Part shown: piece after piece, positions 1 through 14,741 of the stretch
How positions within the stretch are numbered: the stretch's first letter is position 1
Layout: each line of letters opens with the position of its first letter
Assembly: GCA_964016885.1 (NCBI GenBank)
Contig: OZ024740.1
Span: forward strand, 9,548,001-9,612,000
Source of the DNA: Eledone cirrhosa
Lineage: Eukaryota
DNA length: 64,000 bases
Reading direction: 5' to 3'
Translations under genes and position numbers: made by a program
Notes under the pieces: model-generated
Told to the model about the DNA's origin: nothing
The model's database searches: none
What the model saw: only the letters and a program-made list of their open reading frames with translations

Positions 1-3000
1 TTGGTATGTCAGTTTCTATTGGTATATCAGTTTCGATTAGTATGTTAGTTTCTATTGGTATGTCAGTTTCGATTAGTATATCAGTTTCTATTGGTAATGT
101 TAGTTTCGACGGGTATGTTAGTCCTCGATTTGTATGTCAGTTTCCATTGGTATGTCAGTTTCTATTGGTATATCAGTTTCTATTGGTATGTCAGTTTCTA
201 TTGGTATGTCAGTTTCGATTGGTATATCAGATTCGATTAGTATGTCAGTTTCTATTGGTATATCAGTTTCCATTGGTATATCAGTTTCGATTGGTATATC
301 AGTTTCTATTGGTAAATCAATTTCTATTGGTATGTCAGTTTCTATTGGTATGTCAGTTTCTATTGGTATATCAGTTTCGATTGGTATATCAGTTTCGATT
401 GGTATGTCAGTTTTGATCGGTATGTCAGTTTCTAATTGTATATCAATTTCAATTGTTATGTTAGTTTCTATTGGTATGTTAGTTTCTATTGGTATATCAG
501 TTTCAATTGGTGTATCAGTTTCGATTGGTATATCAGTTTCGATTGGTATGTCAGTTTTGATCGGCATGTCAGTTTCGATTGGTATATAAGTTTCGATTGT
601 TATGTTAGTTTCTATTGGTATGTCAGTTTCTATTGGTATATCAGTTTCGATTGGTATATCAGTTTCGATTGGTATGTCAGTTTTGATCGGTATGTCAGTT
701 TCTATTTGTATATCAGTTTCGATTGTTATGTTAGTTTCTATTGGTATATCAATATCTATTGGTATGTCAGTTTCTATTGGTATGTCAGTTTCGATTGGTA
801 TATCAGATTCGATTAGTATATCAGTTTCTATTGGTATATCAGTTTGCATTGGTATATCAGTTTCGATTGGTATATCAGTTTCTATTGGTATATCAGTTTC
901 TATTGGTATGTCAGTTTCTATTGGTATGTCAGTTTCAATTGGTATATCAGATTCGATTAGTATGTCATTTTCTATTGGTATATCAGTTTCCATTGGTATA
1001 TCAGTTTTGATTGGTATATCAGGTTCTATTGGTATGTCAGTTTCTATTGGTATATCAGTTTCGATTGGTATATCATTTTCGATTGGTATGTCAGTTTTAT
1101 TGGTATGTCAATTTTGATTGGTATGTTACTCCTCGATTTGTATGTCAGTTTCTATTGGTATATTAGTATCGATTGGAACGTCAGTTTCAATTAGTATGTC
1201 AGTTTCAATTCGTATATCAGTTTCGATTGGTATGTCAGTTTTATTGGTATGTCAATTTCGATTGGTATATCAGTTTCGGTTGGTATATCAGTTTCAATTG
1301 GTATGTGTAGTTTCTATTGGTATACGAGTTTCGATTGGTATGTCAGTTTCGATTAGTATATCAGTTTCTATTGGTATGTCAGTTTCGATTGGTATGTTAG
1401 TCCTCGATTTGTATGTCAGTTTCTATTGGTATATCAGTTTCGATTGGTATGTCAGTTTCGACTGGTATGTCAGTTTCGATTTGTATGTCAGTTTCTGTTG
1501 GTATATCAGTTTCAATTGGTATGTCAGTTTTGATTAGCATATCAGTTTCTATTTGTATGTCTGTTTCTATTGGTATATCAGTTTCAATTGGTATATCAGT
1601 TTCGATTGTTATGTCAATTTCGATTGGTATGTCAGTTTCTATTGGTATATCAGTTTCCATTGGTATATCAGTTTAGATTGGTATGTCAGTTTCTATTGGT
1701 ATATCAGTTTTGATCGGTATGTCAGTTTCTATTTGTATATCAGTTTCGATTGTTATGTTAGTTTCTATTGGTATGTCAGTTTCTATTGGTATATCAGTTT
1801 CAATTGGTGTATCAGTTTCGATTGGTATATCAGTTTCGATTGGTATGTCAGTTTTGATCGGTATGTCTGTTTTGATCGGTATGTCAGTTTCGATTGGAAT
1901 ATCAGTTTCGATTGTTAGGTTAGTTTCTATTGGTATATCAGTTTCAATTGGTGTATCAGTTTCGATTGGTATGTCAGTTTCAATTTGTATATCAGTTTCG
2001 AATGGTATGTCAGTTTCGATTGGTATATCAGTTTCGATTGGTATGTCAGTTTCGATTTGTATGTCAGTTTCTGTTGGTATATCAGTTTCAATTGGTATGT
2101 CAGTTTTGATTAGCATATCAGTTTCTATTTGTATGTCTGTTTCTATTGGTATATCAGTTTCAATTGGTATATCAGTTTCGATTGTTATGTCAATTTCGAT
2201 TGGTATGTTAGTTTCTATTGGTATATCAGTTTCCATTGGTATATCAGTTTAGATTGGTATGTCAGTTTCTATTGGTATATCAGTTTCTGTTCGTATCTCA
2301 GTTTCGATTGGTATGTCAGTTTCTATTGGTATATCAGTTTTGATTAGTATGTTAGTTTCTATTGGTATGTCAGTTTCGATTAGTATATCAGTTTCTATTG
2401 GTATGTCAGTTTCGATTGGTATGTTAGTCCTCGATTTGTATGTCAGTTTCCATTGGTATATCAGTTTCCATTGGTATGTCAGTTTCCATTGGTGTGTCAG
2501 TTTCTATTGGTATATCAGTTTCGATAGGTATATCAGTTTCGATTGGTATGTCAGTTTTGATCGGTATGTCCATTTCGATTGGTATATTAGTTTCGATTGG
2601 TATGTCAGTTTCTATTGGTATATCAGTTTCCATTGGTATATCAGGTTAGATTGGTATGTCAGTTTCTATTGGTATATCAGTTTCTATTTGTATCTCAGTT
2701 TCGATTGGTATGTCAGTTTCTATTGGTATATCAATTTCTATTGGTATGTCAGTTTCTATTGGTATGTCAGTTTCGATTGGTATATCAGATTCGATTCGTA
2801 TATCAGTTTCTATTGGTATATCAGTTTGCATTGGTATATCAGTTTCTATTGGTATATCAGTTTCTATTGGTATGTCAGTTTCTATTGGTATGTCAGTTTC
2901 AAATGGTATATCAGATTCGATTAGTATGTCATTTTCTATTGGTATATCAGTTTCCATTAGTATATCAGTTTCGAGTGGTATATCAGTTTCTATCGGTATA

Positions 3001-6000
3001 TCAGTTTCTATTGGTATGTCAGTTTCTATTGGTATGTCAGTTTCTATTGGTATATCAGTTTCGATTGGTATATGAGTTTCGATTGGTATGTCAGTTTTAT
3101 TGGTATGTCAATTTTGATTGGTATATCAGTTTCGGTTGGTATGTCAGTTTCAATTGGTATGTGTAGTTTCTATTGGTATACGAGTTTCGATTAGTATATC
3201 AGTTTCTATTGGTGTGTCAGTTTCGATTGGTATGTTAGTCCTCGATTTGTATGTCAGTTTCTATAGGTATATTAGTATCGATTGGTATATCAGTTTCGAT
3301 TGTTATGTCAGTTTTGATTGGTATGTCAGTTTCGATTGGTATATCAGTTACTATTGATATGTCAGTTTCGATTGGGATGTTAGTTTCGATTGGTATGTCA
3401 GTTTCTATTGGTATATCAGTTTCGATTAGTATGTTAGTTTCTATTGGTATGTCAGTTTCGATTAGTATATCAGTTTCTATTGGTATGTTAGTTTCGACTG
3501 GTATATTAGTCCTCGATTTGTATGTCAGTTTCCATTGGTATATTAGTTTCGATTGGTATGTCAGTCTCGATTGGTATGTCAATTTCTATTGGTATATCAG
3601 TTTCTATTGGTATGTCAGTTTCTATTAGTTTGTCAGTTTCTATTGTTATATCAGTTTCGATTGGTATATCAGTTTCGATTGGTATGTCAGTTTTGATCGG
3701 TATGTCAGTTTCGATTGGTATATCAGTTTCCATTGTAATGTTAGTTTCTATTGGTATGTCAGTTTCTATTGGTATATCAGTTTCAATTGGTGTATCAGTT
3801 TCGATTTGTATGTCAGTTTCAATTTGTATATCAGTTTCGATTGGTATGTCAGTTTCTATTGGTATGTCAGTTTCTATTGGTATGCTAGTCCTCGATTTGT
3901 ATGTCAGTTTCTGTTGGTATATCAGTTTCAATTCGTATGTCAGTTTTGATTAGCATATCAGTTTCTATTTGTATGTCAGTTTCTATTGGTATATCAGTTT
4001 CGATTGGTATATCAGTTTCCAATGGTATATCAGTTTAGATTGGTATGTCAGTTTCGATTGGTATGTCAGTTTCTATTGGTATATCAATTTCTATTTGTAT
4101 GTCAGTTTCTACTGGTATGACAGTTTCGATTGGTATATCAGATTCGATTAGTATATCAGTTTCTATTGGTATATCAGTTTGCATTGGTATATCAGTTTCG
4201 ATTGGTATATCAGTTTCGATTGGTATGTCTGTTTTGATTGGTATGTCAGTTTCGATTGGCATATCAGTTTCGATTGTTATGTTAGTTTCGATTGGTATGT
4301 CAGTTTCAATTTGTATATCAGTTTCGATTGGTATGTCAGTTTTATTGGTATGTCAATTTTGATTGGTATATCAGTTTCGGTTGGTATGTCAGTTTCAATT
4401 GGTATGTGTAGTTTCTATTGGTATACGAGTTTCGATTGGTATGTCAGTTTCTATTTGTATATCAGTTTCGATTAGTATATCAGTTTCTATTGGTATATCA
4501 GTTTCTATTGGTATGTCAGTTTCTATTGGTATGTCAGTTTCAATTGGTATATCAGATTCGATTAGTATGTCATTTTCTATTGGTATATCAGTTTCCATTG
4601 GTATATCAGTTTCGAGTGGTATATCAGTTTCGATTGGTATATCAGTTTCTATTGGTATGTCAGTTTCTATTGGTATGTCAGTTTCTATTGGTATATCAGT
4701 TTCGATTGGTATCTCAGTTTCGATTGGTATGTCAGTTTTATTGGTATGTCAATTTTGATTGGTATATCAGTTTCGGTTGGTATGTCAGTTTCAATTGGTA
4801 TGTGTAGTTTCTATTGGTATACGAGTTTCGATTGGTATGTCAGTTTCTATTGGTATGTCAGTTTCGATTAGTATATCAGTTTCCATTGGTGTGTCAGTTT
4901 CGATTGGTATGTTAGTCCTCGATTTGTATGTTAGTTTCTATTGGTATATTAGTATCGATTGGTACGTCAGTTTCAATTAGTATGTCAGTTTCAATTTGTA
5001 TATCAGTTTCGATTGGTATGTCAGTTTTATTGGTATGTCAATTTCGATTGGTATATCAGTTTCGGTTGGTATATCAGTTTCAATTGGTATGTGTAGTTTC
5101 TATTGGTATACGAGTTTCGATTGGTATGTCAGTTTCTATTGGTATGTCAGTTTCGATTAGTATATATCAGTTTCTATTGGTATGTCAGTTTCGATTGGTA
5201 TGTTAGTCCTCGATTTGTATGTCAGTTTCTATTGGTATATCAGTTTCGATTGGTATGTCAGTTTCGATTGGTATGTCAGTTTCGATTAGTATATCAGTTT
5301 CGAATGGTATGTCAGTTTGGATTGGTATATCAGTTTCGATTGGTATGTCAGTTTCGATTTGTATGTCAGTTTCTGTTGGTATATCAGTTTCAATTAGTAT
5401 GACAGTTTTGATTAGCATATCAGTTTCTATTTGTATGTCTGTTTCTATTGGTATATCAGTTTCAATTGGTATATCAGTTTCGATTGTTATGTCAATTTCG
5501 ATTGGTATGTCAGTTTCTATTGGTATATCAGTTTCCATTGGTATATCAGTTTAGATTGGTATGTCAGTTTCTATTGGTATATCAGTTTCTGTTCGTATCT
5601 CAGTTTCGATTTGTATGTCAGTTTCTATTGGTATATCAGTTTCGATTAGTATGTTAGTTTCTATTGGTATGTCAGTTTCGATTATTATATCAGTTTCTAT
5701 CGGTACGTCAGTTTCGATTGGTATGTTAGTCCTCGATTTGTATGTCAGTTTCTATTGGTATATCAGTTTCGATTGGTATGTCAGTTTCGATTGGTATGTC
5801 AGTTTCTATTCGTATATCAGTTTCTATTGGTATGTCAGTTTCTATTGGTATGTCAGTTTCTATTGGTATATCAGTTTCAATTGGTGTATCAGTTTCGATT
5901 GGTATGTCAGTTTCAATTTGTATATCAGTTTCGATTGGTATGACAGTTTCGATTGGTATATCAGTTACTATTGATATGTCAGTTTCGATTGGGATGTCAG

Positions 6001-9000
6001 TTTCAATTGGTATGTCAGTTTCTATTGGTATGTCAGTTTCGATTAGTATATCAGTTTCTATTGGTATGTTAGTCCTCGATTTGTATGTCAGTTTCTATTG
6101 GTATATCAGTTTCGATTGGTATGTCAGTTTCGATTGGTATGTCAGTTTCTATTGGTATATCAGTTTCTATTGGTATGTCAGTTTCTATTGGTATGTCAGT
6201 TTCAATTGGTATATCAGATTCGATTAGTATGTCGTTTTCTATTGGTATATCAGTTTCCATTGGTATATCAGTTTCGATTGGTATATCAGTTTCTATTGGT
6301 ATATCAGTTTCTATTGGTATATCAGTTTCGATTGGTATATCAGTTTCGATTGGTATGTCAGTTTTGATCGGTATGTCAGTTTCGATTGGTATATCAGTTT
6401 CGATTGTTATGTTAGTTTCTATTGGTATATCAGTTTCTATTGGTATATCAGTTTCAATTGGTGTATCAGTTTCGATTGGTATGTCAGTTTCAATTTCTAT
6501 ATCAGTTTCGATTGGTATGTCAGTTTTATTGGTATGTCAATTTCGATTGGTATATCAGTTTAGGTTGGTACGTCAGTTTCGATTGGTATGTCAGTTTCTA
6601 TTGGTATACGAGTTTCGATTGGTATATCAGTTTCGATTGGTATGTCTGTTTTGATTGGTATGTCAGTTTCGATTGGTATGTCAGTTTCTATTGGTATATC
6701 AGTTTCGATTAGTATGTTAGTTTCTATTGGTATGTCAATTTCGATTAGTATATCAGTTTCTATTGGTAATGTTAGTTTCGACGGGTATGTTAGTCCTCGA
6801 TTTGTATGTCAGTTTCCATTGGTATATTAGTTTCGATTGGTATGTCAGTTTCGATTGGTATGTCAGTTTCTATTGGTATATCAGTTTCTATTGGTATGTC
6901 AGTTTCTATTGGTATGTCAGTTTCGATTGGTATATCAGATTCGATTAGTATGTCAGTTTCTATTGGTATATCAGTTTCCATTGGTATATCAGTTTCGATT
7001 GGTATATCAGTTTCTATTGGTATATCAGTTTCTATTGGTATGCCAGTTTCTATTGGTATGTCAGTTTCTATTGGTATATCAGTTTCGATTGGTATATCAG
7101 TTTCGATTGGTATGTCAGTTTTGATCGGTATGTCAGTTTCTATTTGTATATCAATTTCCATTGTTATGTTAGTTTCTATTGGTATGTCAGTTTCTATTGG
7201 TATATCAGTTTCAATTGGTGTATCAGTTACGATTGGTATATCAGTTTCGATTGGTATATCAGTTTCGATTGTTATGTTAGTTTCTATTGGTTTGTCAGTT
7301 TCTATTGGTATATCAGTTTCGATTGGTATATCAGTTTTGATCGGTATTTCAGTTTTGATCGGTATGTCAGTTTCGATTGGTATATCAGTTTCGATTGTTA
7401 TGTTAGTTTCTATTGGTATATCAGTTTCAATTGGTGTATCAGTTTCGAATTGTATGTCAGTTTTGATTGGTATGTCAGTTTAGGTTGGTATGTCAGTTTC
7501 GATTGGTATGTCAGTTTCTATTGGTTTACGAGTTTCTATTGGTATATCAGTTTCGATTGGTATGTCAGTTTTGATTGGTATGTCAGTTTCGATTGGTATA
7601 TCAGTTACTATTGATATGTCAGTTTCGATTGGGATGTCAGTTTCGATTGGTATGTCAGTTTCTATTGGTATATCAGTTTCGATTAGTATGTTAGTTTCTA
7701 TTGGTATGTCAGTTTCGATTAGTATATCAGTTTCTATTGGTATTGTTAGTTTCGACTGGTATGTTAGTCCTCGATTTGTATGTCAGTTTCCATTGGTATA
7801 TTAGTTTCGATTGGTATGTCAGTTTCGATTGGTATGTCAGTTTCTATTGGTATATCAGTTTCTATTGGTATGTCAGTTTCTATTGGTATGTCAGTTTCGA
7901 TTGGTATATCAGATTCGATTAGTATGTCAGTTTCTATTGGTATATCAGTTTCCATTGGTATATCAGTTTCGATTGGTATATCAGTTTCTATTGGTTTATC
8001 AGTTTCTATTGGTATGTCAGTTTCTACTGGTATGTCAGTTTCTATTGGTATATCAGTTTCGATTGGTATATCAGTTTCGATTGGTATGTCAGTTTTGATC
8101 GGTATGTTAGTTTCTATTTGTATATCAGTTTCAATTAGTGTATCAGTTTCGATTGGTATGTCAGTTTCAATTTGTATATCAGTTTCGATTGGTATGTCAG
8201 TTTCTATTGGTATGTCAGTTTCTATTGGTATGTTAGTCCTCGATTTGTATGTCAGTTTCTGTTGGTATATCAGTTTCAATTGGTATGTCAGTTTTGATTA
8301 GCATATCAGTTTCTATTTGTATGTCAGTTTCTATTGGTATGTCAGTTTCGATTGGTATGTCAGTTTCTATTGGTATATCAGTTTCTATTGGTATGTCAGT
8401 TTCTATTGGTATGTCAGTTTCGATTGGTATATCAGATTCGATTAGTATGTCAGTTTCTATTGTTATATCAGTTTCCATTGGTATATCAGTTTCGATTGGT
8501 ATATCAGTTTCTATTGGTTTATCAGTTTCTATTGGTATGTCAGTTTCTACTGGTACGTCAGTTTCTATTGGTATATCAGTTTCGATTGGTATATCAGTTT
8601 CGATTGGTATGTCAGTTTTGTCGGTATGTTAGTTTCTATTTGTATATCAGTTTCGATTGTTATGTTAGTTTCTATTTGTATGTCAGTTTCTATTGGTATA
8701 TCAGTTTCAATTGGTGTATCAGTTTCGATTGGTATGTCAGTTTCAATTTGTATATCAGTTTCGATTGGTATGTCAGTTTCTATTGGTATGTCAGTTTCTA
8801 TTGGTATGTTAGTCCTCGATTTGTATGTCAGTTTCTGTTGGTATATCAGTTTTAATTGGTATGTCAGTTTTGATTAGCATATCAGTTTCTATTTGTATGT
8901 CAGTTTCTATTGGTATATCAGTTTCGATTGGTATATCAGTTTCGATTGTTATGTCAATTTCGATTGGTATGTCAGTTTCTATTGGTATATCAGTTTCCAT

Positions 9001-9696
9001 TGGTATGTCAGTTTCGATTGGTATGTCAGTTTCTATTGGTATATCAGTTTTCTATTGGTATGTCAGTTTCTATTGGTATGTCAGTTTGGATTGGTATATC
9101 AGTTTCGATTGGTATGTCAGTTTCAATTTGTATGTCAGTTTCTGTTGGTATATCAGTTTCAATTGGTATGTCAATTTTGATTAGCATATCAGTTTCTATT
9201 TGTATGTCAGTTTCTATTGGCATATCAGTTTTAATTGGTATATCAGTTTCGATTGTTATGTCAATTTCGATTGGTATGTCAGTATCTATTGGTATATCAG
9301 TTTCCATTGGTATATCAGTTTAGATTGGTATGTCAGTTTCTATTGGTATATCAGTTTCTGTTCGTATCTCAGTTTCGATTGGTATGTCAGTTTCTATTGG
9401 TATATCAGTTTTGATTAGTATGTTAGTTTCTATTGGTATGTCAGTTTCGATTAGTATATCAGTTTCTATTGGTATGTCAGTTTCTATTGGTATGTTAGTC
9501 CTCGATTTGTATGTCAGTTTCTATTGGTATATCAGTTTCGATTGGTATGTCAGTTTCGATTGGTATGTCAGTTTCTATTCGTATATCAGTTTCTATTGGT
9601 ATGTCAGTTTCTATTTGTATTTCAGTTTCGATTGTTATATCAGATTCGATTAGTATGTCAGTTTCTATTGGTATATCAGTTTCCATTGGTATATCA
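1..9696. repeat. 18-bp satellite array, segment 1 (runs off the left edge)
   Basis: Continuous tandem GGTAT[A/G]TCAGTTTC[G/T]ATT. Recurrent 19-bp (GGTATGTTAGTCCTCGATT) and 17-bp variant monomers shift the phase. Confidence 0.98.
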
Positions 9697-10702
9697 AGCT
9701 TACTTAAGAATGTAGGATTCACATGCAGCAGCTGTGCTGAAACAGCAAGCAGCAAACAGCCACAGGAAACAAGTACCACCAATCTCTGGGAGGGCCCTGT
9801 AGAAACAGTAGACAGCTTCTGCTACCTAGGTGACCGAATTAGCAACGGAGGTGGGTGTTCAGAAATTACAATAACTAGGGTAAGAACGGGATGGAAGAAG
9901 TTTAGGGAACTACTACCACTGCTAGCTGCAAAAGGCTTCTCCCTCAGAATGAAAGGCAGACTGTATGATGCGTGTATCCGAACAGCGATGTTGCATGGTA
10001 GTGAGACCTGGGCGCTGAAGGTGGAAGACTTACGTAGAATAGAGAGAAACGAAGCCTGCATGCTCCGATGGATGTGTAACAGTAATATACGTGAACGACA
10101 AAGCATTAATGAATTGAGAGAGAGACTGAGCATAAGAGGAATCAAATGCTGTGTACAGGAGAGGTGGTTGCGCTGGTATGAATATGTGATGCGTATGAAG
10201 GATGACAGCTGCATAAAAAGGTGCAGAGCACTAGAAGTTGATGGAAACCGCGGAGTGGGGAGACCCAAGATGACCTGGGATGAGGTGATAAAAGCCGACC
10301 TTACCCAATTACACCTCTCAAAGACAATGACACACGACCGTGACTTCTGGCGTCACGCAGTAATACAGAATACCCGACCTCCCATGGGTACATGCTGAAG
10401 TATATAAACAATATGCCCCCACACCCCCCACCGCAAGGTGGTCGTGGAGGTGGCATGGCAAAAAAGCACCAGACCACACTGTAAAGTGGACGTGTAGGCG
10501 CCACGAAAAAGCACCCAGCATTCACTGTAAATGAGGTTGGTGTTAGGAAGGGCATCCAGCTGTAGAAATCAAGCCAGATCAGTTCCTGTATGAGCAAGGC
10601 ATGGTCAGCCGACCAGACACTGCCCACAACAGAACAACCCGTCTAACCCATGCTAGCGTGGAAGAACGGACGTAAAACGGTGATGATGATGATGATGATG
10701 AT
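9697..10702 (+). mobile_element. 5'-truncated RTE-clade LINE, family A
   Basis: RTE C-terminal ORF (FCYLG...RVRTGWKKFREL...LHGSETW...RWY...GRPKMTW), 3' UTR and (GAT)n tail. Near-identical to 13743-14741. Confidence 0.95.
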
Positions 10703-11666
10703 ATCAGTTTCTATTGGTATATGAGTTTCTATTCGTATGTCAGTTTCTATTGGTTTGTCAGTTTCTATTGGTATGTCAGTTTCGATTGGTATATCAGTTT
10801 CGATTGGTATGTCAGTTTCGATTGGTATGTCAGTTTCGATTGGTATGTCAGTTTCGATTGTTATATTAGTTTCTATTGGTATGTCAGTTTCTATTGGTAC
10901 ATCAGTTTCAATTGGTGTATCAGTTTCAATTGGTATGTCAGTTTCAATTTGTATATCAGTTTCGATTGGTATGTCAGTTTTATTGGTATGTCAATTTCTA
11001 TTGGTATACGAGTTTCAATTGGTATGTCAGTTTCGATTAGTATATCAGTTTCTATTGGTATGTCAGTTTCTATTGGTATATCAGTTTCTTTTGGTATATC
11101 AGTTTTGATTGATATGTCAGTTTCGATTGGTATGTCAATTTCGATTAGTATATCAGTTTCGAATGGTATGTCAGTTTGGATTGTTATATCGGTTTCGATT
11201 AGTATATCAGTCTCAATTGGTATGTCAGTTTCGATTGGCATATCAGTTTTGATTCGTATGTCAGTTTCTATTGGTATATCAGTTTCCATTGGTATATCAG
11301 TTTTGATTAGTATGTCAGTTTCTATTGGTATGTCAGTTTCGATTGGTATGTTAGTCCTCGATTTGTATGTCAGTTTCTGTTGGTATATCAGTTTCAATTG
11401 GTATATCAGTTTCTATTGGTATGTCAGTTTATATTGGTATATCAGTTTCGATCGGTATATCAGTGTCGATTAGTATGTCAGTTTCTATTGGTATGTCAGT
11501 TTCGATTGGTATGTTAGTCCTCGATTTGTATGTCAGTTTCTGTTGGTATATCAGTTTCAATTGGTATGTCAGTTTTGATTAGCATATCAGTTTCTATTTG
11601 TATGTCAGTTTCTATTGGTATATCAGTTTCGATTGGTATATCAGTTTCTATTGGTATATCAGTTTC
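10703..11666. repeat. 18-bp satellite array, segment 2
   Basis: Same 18-mer. Confidence 0.97.
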
Positions 11667-14600
11667 ATTAAACTCAGACTAGTCCTGAATAAGACAATTA
11701 CCACAACAATATCAACTTACGCACCCCAATCGGGGCTGCCAGACGAACTTAAGGATAGGTTTTACGAGTCCCTAATACACACTACTGCTCTAACAGACGA
11801 CAAGGACTTCCTAATCATTGCAGGAGATTTTAACGGACACGTAGGTAAACACTGTGACGGCTTCAATAGAGTACATGGAGGCCATCGAGTTGGCACAAGG
11901 AATGAGGAAGGATTCAGACTTCTAGAATTCTGCGACGCCAATGACATGTCGATATGTAACACAAACTTTAAAAAACCCGACAACCACCTGATCACCTATA
12001 GATCAGGGGAGCACTCTAGTCAGTTAGATTTTATCCTCATCAGAGGACGTGACAGATGGACGGTCGTAAACACAAAAGCCTTCCCTAGTGAGGATTGTAC
12101 ATCCCAACATAGCTTAGTTGTCAGCGACCTCACGGTTAGAACTAGACGAACCCGGAAACAGAGGCCAACCTGGAGAAGAAAGATCTGGAAGCTGAAAGTC
12201 CCCTCAACCAGTAACAGATTTAAAGATATTTTACTCAACGCCTACGTCAGTAAAGAATAACAGATAGAGACATTTAACGTAGAAGAGAACTGGGAGTTCC
12301 TAAAAAATAACTTACTAGAGGCGACGGATGAGGTTTGTGGCTGGAGTAAGACCTCAAGCAGGAGGAGAGTGACTTGGTGGTGGAACAATAAGGTAGATGA
12401 AGCAGTCAAGGCCAAGAGACAGGCATGGAAAGAATGGAAGAACGGGGGGAGCAGGGTACATTACATAGAGACCAAGAGGGAAGCTAGGCGACAAGTATAC
12501 TTAGCTAGGAGGGAAGCAGAGGATAGAAAATTCAAGGATGTTTTACAACGTGAGGACCAGAAACAGGAGGTATTCAAGATTGCGAGGCAGTGTGTCAGAG
12601 ATAGTTGTGATGTCATTGGAGAGAAGTGTATCCGGAATGATAAAGGTGAACTTGCCCTCACAATTGCTGAGAAGAAAGATGCATGGAAGAGTCATTATGA
12701 TAGATTACTAAATGAGGAGAATGCATGGGAAGAAGAGACCCTACCCCATGTAGACCCTATAGAGGGACCAGCAGTACAAGTCAGCGGCAGCGTAGTAAGT
12801 AAGGCAATCAGAGATATGAAGATGGGGAAGGCAACCGGTCCATCGGGTATAGCTGCCGAGATGCTGAAGGCATCTGGGTCTGTAGGTCACACTATAACCA
12901 CACGTATCGTTAACCAGGTAATACTAGAAGGGGCCATACCAAAAGATTGGTGCAGTAGCATCATTGTCAACTGCTACAACGGTAAAGGCGATGCACTAGA
13001 TAGAGGAAACTATAGAGGTATGAAGTTGATGGACCAGGTCATGAAAGTAACAGAAAGAGTTATAGCACAGCTGATTAGGGACCGGGTGAATATAGACGAG
13101 ATGCAATTTGGGTTTGTACCAGGGAAAGGCACCACTGATGCCCTCTTCCTTGTGAGGCAATTACAGGAAAAGTACCTAGCTAAAAGTAAGCCACTCTACT
13201 TGGCATTTGTCGACCTTGAGAAAGCCTTTGACAGAGTTCCACGTGCGGTAATCTGGTGGGCTCTTAGAAAACTAGGAGTAGATGAATGGCTTGTGAAAGC
13301 GGTACAAGCCATGTATAGGGGAGCAGTCAGCAAAGTTAGGATTAGCAATGAGTATAGCGAGGAATTTAGCGTACAGGTTGGGGTCCATCAGGGCTCTGTT
13401 CTTTGCCCTCTCCTGTTCATCATAGTCCTGCAGGCAATAACGGAGGAGTTTAAGACCGGATGCCCATGGGAACTCCTGTATGCTGATGACCTCACACTCA
13501 TACCTGAATCTATGGTAGAACTAGAGAATAAATTCCAAACCTGGAAGCAGGGACTAGAGAGAAAGGGCCTCAAAGTCAACGTGACAAAGACTAAGGTCCT
13601 TGTAAGTAGACGAGAAAACAGAACCCAGATCCCCTCAGGGAAATGGCCTTGCTCAGTATGTAGGAAAGGTGTAGGTAGGAACTCCATTCTCTGCCCCAAA
13701 TGCAAACAATGGGTACACAAGAGATGTAGCGGGATCTCAGGAAGCTTAATTAAGAATGTAGGATTCACATGCAGCAGCTGTGCTGAAACAGCAAGCAGCA
13801 AACAGCCACAGGAAACAAGTACCACCAATCTCTGGGAGGGCCCTGTAGAAACAGTAGACAGCTTCTGCTACCTAGGTGACCGAATTAGCAACGGAGGTGG
13901 GTGTTCAGAAAGTACAATAACTAGGGTAAGAACGGGATGGAAGAAGTTTAGGGAACTACTACCACTGCTAGCTGCAAAAGGCTTCTTCCTCAGAATGAAA
14001 GGCAGACTGTATGATGCGTGTATCCGAACATCGATGTTGCATGGTAGTGAGACCTGGGCGCTGAAGGTGGAAGACTTACGTAGATTAGAGAGAAACGAAG
14101 CCTGCATGTTCCGATGGATGTGTAACAGTAATATACGTGAACGACAAAGCATAAAGGAATTGAGAGAGAGACTGAGCATAAGAGGAATCAAATGCTGCGT
14201 GCAGGTGAGGCGGTTACGCTGGTATGGACATGTGATGCGTATGAAGGATGACAGCTGCATAAAAAGGTGCAGAGCACTAGAAGTTGATGGAAACTGCGGA
14301 GTGGGGAGACCCAAGATGACTTGGGATGAGGTGATAAAAGCCGACCTTACCCAACTACACCTCTCAAAGACAATGACACACGACCGTGACTTCTGGCGTC
14401 ACGCACGCAGTAATACAGGGTACCCGACCTCCCATGGGTACATGCTAAAGCATATAAACAATATGCCCCCACTCCCCCCACCGCAAGGTGGTCGTGGAGG
14501 TGCCACGGCAAAAAAGCACCCAGCCCACACTGTAAAGTGGACGTGTAGGCGCCACGAAAAAGCACCCAGCACTCACTGTAAATGAGGTTGGTGTTAGGAA

Positions 14601-14741
14601 GGGCATCCAGCTGTAGAAATCAAGCAAGATCAGTTCCTGTATGAGCAAGGCAAGGTCAGCCGACCAGACACAGCCCACAACAGGACAACCCGTCTAAACC
14701 ATGTTAGCGTGGAAGAACGGACGTAAAACGGTGATGATGAT
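11667..14741 (+). mobile_element. 5'-truncated RTE-clade LINE, family A (defective)
   Basis: Partial APE (YAPQ, GDFNG, LDFIL), RT (DLEKAFD, GVHQGS, YADD), Cys/His finger and (GAT)n tail. In-frame TAA at 12258-12260 and a 4-bp duplication near 14401. Confidence 0.96.
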
